Positions 57,650 to 64,000 of a DNA stretch of 64,000 nucleotides are shown here, one piece after another. Position numbers and translations under genes: made by a program. Positions within the stretch are counted from its first letter, which is position 1, and the number at the start of each line of letters is the position of its first letter. The DNA lies in contig OX597816.1 of the NCBI GenBank assembly GCA_951406725.2, positions 152,644,001 to 152,708,000 on the forward strand, written 5' to 3'. This DNA is from Octopus vulgaris. Its lineage: Eukaryota. The notes beneath the pieces were generated by a model. The model was not told the DNA's origin, ran no database searches, and saw only the letters and a program-made list of their open reading frames with translations.

Positions 57650-57845
57650 TATAGGTTTCAAATTTTGGTACAGAGTCAACGATTTTAGGAGAAGAGGTAA
57701 GTCGATTATATCAACCCCTGTACTCATCTGGTACTTTTTTTATCGACCATGAAAGGATGAAAGTCAAGATTGACCTCGGCAGCATTTGAACTCAGAATCT
57801 GAACGGACGAAATGCCGCTCAGCATTTTCCCCGGCGTGCTAATGA
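57650..57845 (-). mobile_element. SINE family B, diverged
   Basis: gtcgattatatcaacccc...tatcgaccatgaaaggatgaaag...gacctcggcagcatttgaactcagaa...cccggcgtgctaa. Confidence 0.75.
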
Positions 57846-58577
57846 TGCCTCCAAGTATTTTCCCCGCTTTAATGCTTACCAGTAATATTGGCATTTATCT
57901 GGTCACGGGTACATCACATTGTTTATACATGCGATATTCAATAACTCAGTCGATCGTATATTTTTTTGTAAACATATCTTTATTGCTTCATATTGATCTC
58001 TCACACTAACACAAGTTCTCCAATTTCAGTGTGCATACAATCGCTATATCAATAATAATAAAAAAAAGACAAAGATTATCCTAGAGGGATTTAAATTCAA
58101 CCTGTTAAGAGTCATGATCAAGTAACGAAAGACAGTAAAAACATGGTGTCCGCTTTTCTAACAATTCTGACAATGCACCTATATTGTGTATAACAACCAT
58201 ATTCTTTGAGGTCAGTCTTAGTGGAATTCCAGTGAAATTACAAGTAACTATTGGGCTGTCAACTCTATTATGTTATATGGATGCTGACATCCAGAGAGAA
58301 TACTATAAGTAACGGCAAAATTAATGTGGCTATTTGAAAAATTTTTAGATATGTCCACACACACACGCTTGCGCACACACAGTTATATTTATATATGAAC
58401 ACTCGCGCATAATTTATACATGCACACTAAATATATATTATTAGTTGACAAATAAACGTAACCTAATACTGTAGGTTTCTCTTACAGAACCTTTTTCATT
58501 TCCTCAAGAACAGTTCTGAATGCGTTACTTTATAACATACATACAACGTACCAATATATGTATGTACATATATATAG

Positions 58578-58645
<68 letters not shown>

Positions 58646-58757
58646 ACATATAAGTGTATGCATATATCTACGTGCACACACGAACACTAACATGCACATA
58701 AGAAAAGATGGACAACAATTCAAGTCAACGCATGTTACAAATGTTTCGACACCATCG

Positions 58758-58807
<50 letters not shown>

Positions 58808-58808
58808 G

Positions 58809-58843
<35 letters not shown>

Positions 58844-58844
58844 G

Positions 58845-59986
<1,142 letters not shown>

Positions 59987-61568
59987 ATATATATATATAC
60001 ATATATATATATATGAACACAAAAGTATGTCTGTATGCATATATTTACATCCTCGTTACTTACAGATGGAACTATTCCTCAAAACTAATCAGAATGGTTA
60101 AAGAAAGTGGTAGTGGGGTTGCGAGTATTGTGCGTGGTTAGCGTTTAATTATGAATTACTACATGTTAGTAATTGGATAGACACATTGACAATTAGGAAG
60201 TTCCAGATAAATGTAATTCTGTCGGTTGGTGAGGAGCGTGCGCTTTGGGTGCAGGTGGGGAGCGGGGGGGGGGGGCTTGGGCGATCTGTTGGGAAAGTAC
60301 TTTTGATATAGGCTATCGAGTAAAAGTAGGGTGGTGGTAGTATGTAAGCGAGAATTAAGCGAGGAGGTGACTGAATCGAGTAGTTTTGAAATGTGTGGTT
60401 GTTGTCGTTGTTGTTGTTGTGGTGGTGGTGTTTAGATGTCGGAAAAAAAGGAACATCCGTATAAATAGTTCGATAGAAAACGGAAGAACAATCGATCAAC
60501 ATGGCAGCTTGGTCAGGGAAGGAAATGACTACGGAGATAAAAGATAAATTTTCCAACTTGTCATTCATAGGTAACCTGATTCCTTTCTAAATTATGGTTT
60601 CAGCAGCAACAGAGGCAGCAGTTACGACAGCAACATTATGAGGAACAACACCGATAATAACGTTAGGACCTACAACAACAGCAACAACAATAACAAATAA
60701 CAGCAAGAAATGGCTATTGCTCTCCTCACCAACAACAGCAGTACCACCAGGACCACAACCAATACTGACATCAGCAATACTTATACAACCAAAACCACGT
60801 CCACGACCACCACCAACACTAAGACCACCACTGTCACTAGTATTACTACAAAGTACACCCCATCAACAAAAAAAAAAAAAATCACAGCAGCAACCACAGC
60901 GACAATAACAAAACTATTCTTATCATCGTTATCACCAACACCAACACAAACAAGAATTACAATAGTAACAACAGTAGTAACATTTAGTAATACCAATATT
61001 ATTATCATTACTACCGACAACAATACTGATGCCGTTGCAGCCGTCGCTGACAATGAGATGGAAGCTAGCCTCTACATGTTGCTCGATCTGTTAGAAACAA
61101 TGACCTCACATATCATCCTAACATATCCAAAAAAGAACGAAACATTGGATTATGCAGCTCTAGACACAACATATCTGGGGGAAAAGGACGGGATTGTCAT
61201 GACTGTAATGGAGTTTGATCGATCATACATTTGCTCAGCGAGGGTTGACAAAGACTGAACAAAGATAATGATTTCAACTCAACATATTCACAAGATCCAC
61301 TGCCATTCCAGAAATACTAGCGTCACCATAAGTAACCCTTCCACCAAACATTTTTACCACCAGCACTGATGTCAATAACAATTGTGCCACTCATTAGTAA
61401 AAGACTACAACAATACAGCCTATAAATTTGATACTGTAGTCCTACAGTAGGATGGTCAGTTAGTGGTCAAAGCCTTTAATCATAGCTTTACTTTGTAAGG
61501 GCTGACCCGAAAGAAAACTAAAACAACCGCATCACTGTGTGTATGTGTGTGTGTGTATACATACATAG

Positions 61569-61656
<88 letters not shown>

Positions 61657-63446
61657 TTGTGTATTAAGGCTACCATTGGTTTCATGTTACGAAAAATATC
61701 TTAATATCCTAACAATTTTTCAAGGTGAACCACATGGAGGAATGACGTTTGTCTTCATTTTGGATAAAAACATCATCCAAAATAGAGACGAACACCATTC
61801 CTCCATGTGATCGGCTTGAAAAATCGTTATCTGCTCCTTTCCCCAATTTTGGATTCCTATTTGCATACACAGAAGCCCTGTTGCTAACCGTAAGCTACAA
61901 AACAATTTTTTCAGCTTATCGAACTTCGATTCAGAAAAATATTACAACCTTCTATGTCAATAAACCACTATTATTCCTGAAAGCTGCTTTTTATACCTTT
62001 TACGAACTGCTCGAAACTTACTATCTTCCCATCTTTGTTACTCATTTATATTTTATTAACCTAACTTCGAATCTGCACTTCGGAAATACTATAGAAAGTA
62101 CCTTTATATAAAGTACATGTCTGCATTACCAAGAGCGGATATCTTCACTTAGCTGGGTTGTGTTGTATTCACACACGGCAGGAATATCGGGTGCAAACAC
62201 CCCTGCACAGAGTCTTGATATTCAATATTCAATTGATATTATTTGGGTTCGCGGATTATACCGACATAGCAAGGTGCCTCAATTTAAGTACCTAATTCAA
62301 CGATATCTTAATTATATTTCATAAATATTATATATATATGAAGATAGGTATGTAAAAATACTATATCGCTCAAAAATGTAATGGTTGGTAAATATTTGTA
62401 TTTAGGACTAAGATCTGCATACCAATGTTTTTTTTTTCAAGGAAGTAAAAGCACATCTAATTATCCGGAAGTAAAAGCTTGTCTAATTATCTTAGTGCTG
62501 CGGTACTAAATTGCGAAACCTAAAGAAAGTGGATTATTATTAGCTGATGTGCAAAGTTAATCTATCAGCCAACAATGTTTACACGGTGCGGCCCATTTTT
62601 ACATTGAACGATTCAGATCCGTGCTAACTAGTAGCAACCAGAGACATCAGAGAGATATAAGAATTTGGGAAGGCAAATAAACTTTCCCACAGAAGAGAAT
62701 CGGTAAGCAACTTTGTGTCTGAATCTACCTAACCAATACAGAGCTTTTTCCTCGCCTAGTTAGTTACCTGATAAGCCTTCCCGCACATTGTAATTAGGCA
62801 TTTTGTATCTTCAGACTAACTTGGTACGAGAGCTTGGAGAAGTAGGGAGCTCCCCACACTCTGGAAAGAAGCAAAAAATAATGTGTGTGTTGACATACTC
62901 TAATGGATACGTCGCTGCACTTAACAATTACTGTCCTCCTCCTCTTCTTCTTCTTCTTCTTCTTCTTCTCCTCCTCCTCCTCCTCCTCCTCCTCCTCCTC
63001 CTTCTTCTTCTTCTTCTTCTTCTTCTTCTTCTTCTTCTTCTTCTTCTTCTTCTTCTTCTATTTTACAATTTTTTAACTCCCCCACCTTCATTCTTAACAT
63101 CCTCTCTCATAGGAGGCACACACTAATCATAAAACACACACACATACACACACAGATACACACACACACACACACACACACACGTACAGACTATCCCAAG
63201 TATTTGTTTTCAAGATTTTCACAGCAATTTTCTGTGTCCAAATATGTACTTTAGCAATAGATTTATTTTTCTTGCAAGCTACCGTTCCATTATTGACACA
63301 GGAAACTTCGTCAAGACAACAACATCCAGTTGGTAAACAACAACAAACATAAGAATAACAAGGGGTAAAATCCAATAAAGTATTGGAAAACAAAGCAAAA
63401 TACAGAGACATTATTTTCTCTCTCTTGCTATATTACTTCTCTGACG

Positions 63447-63546
<100 letters not shown>

Positions 63547-63863
63547 CCAACCAATCTATCTTGATGTCAATGTATGTAACTATGCATGTATCTATCTCGC
63601 TGTTTTTGTCTGTTTATCTGTCTCTGTCTCTCTGTTTGTCTGTCTATTCATGAATCTGTTTTTCTATCAATTTGCCTACCGCCATTTACATCTTCTGTTC
63701 CTCCGTATTTATAAATACCATCAACAAACACATCTCGATTAAATTATATGTGTTTTATGAGTCTCTAGATAAATAATTACGATGAATAGCTGTACTTGAA
63801 TGTGTACATACGCTTCTCTACCATCCTCTCTCTCTGTCTCTCTCACACATTCATATGTGTATT

Positions 63864-63906
<43 letters not shown>

Positions 63907-63915
63907 CTTTACTCT

Positions 63916-64000
63916 CTTTTACTTGTTTCAGTCATTTGACTGCGGCCATGCTGGAGCACCGCCTTTAATCGAGCAACTCGACCCCAGAACTTATTCTTTG
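63916..64000 (-). mobile_element. SINE family A 3' end, cut by the window edge
   Basis: cttttacttgtttcagtcatttgactgcggccatgctggagcaccgcctttaatcgagc, nearly identical to the start of the 54603 copy. Confidence 0.85.

Noticed and set aside
60710-61258. 182-aa Thr-rich mucin-like ORF
   Set aside because: It is built from degenerate (ACC/AAC/ACA)n repeats running into a family F repeat, with no splice or domain evidence.

Overview
AT-rich, microsatellite-saturated eukaryotic genomic DNA. The repeat families and composition resemble coleoid cephalopod (Octopus-like) genomes; this is inferred from recognition, not a search. Most of the window is intronic sequence of one minus-strand gene. Two coding exons are supported by canonical splice sites and matching phase: 46871-46196 and a 2874-nt low-complexity exon 13399-10526, separated by a ~32.8-kb intron. 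The protein is Q/N/S/T/P-rich. It ends in-window at [16 protein letters not shown], which resembles a Grainyhead-family N-terminal motif; no DNA-binding domain exon was found in the window. The rest is mobile-element debris: at least four tRNA-derived SINE families, decayed R4/Dong-like, Ingi/Jockey-like and RTE-like LINE fragments, Penelope-like remnants with degenerate hammerhead motifs, non-autonomous Helitrons, and hAT MITEs with perfect 8-bp TSDs. There is also an unclassified ~555-bp element that sits in (TAA)n tracts and forms an inverted pair near an exon. Nearly all other ORFs in the track are microsatellite artefacts. No clear new biological system is demonstrated. The best leads are the (TAA)n-targeted element with its dsRNA potential, the hammerhead remnants, and the microsatellites abutting splice sites.
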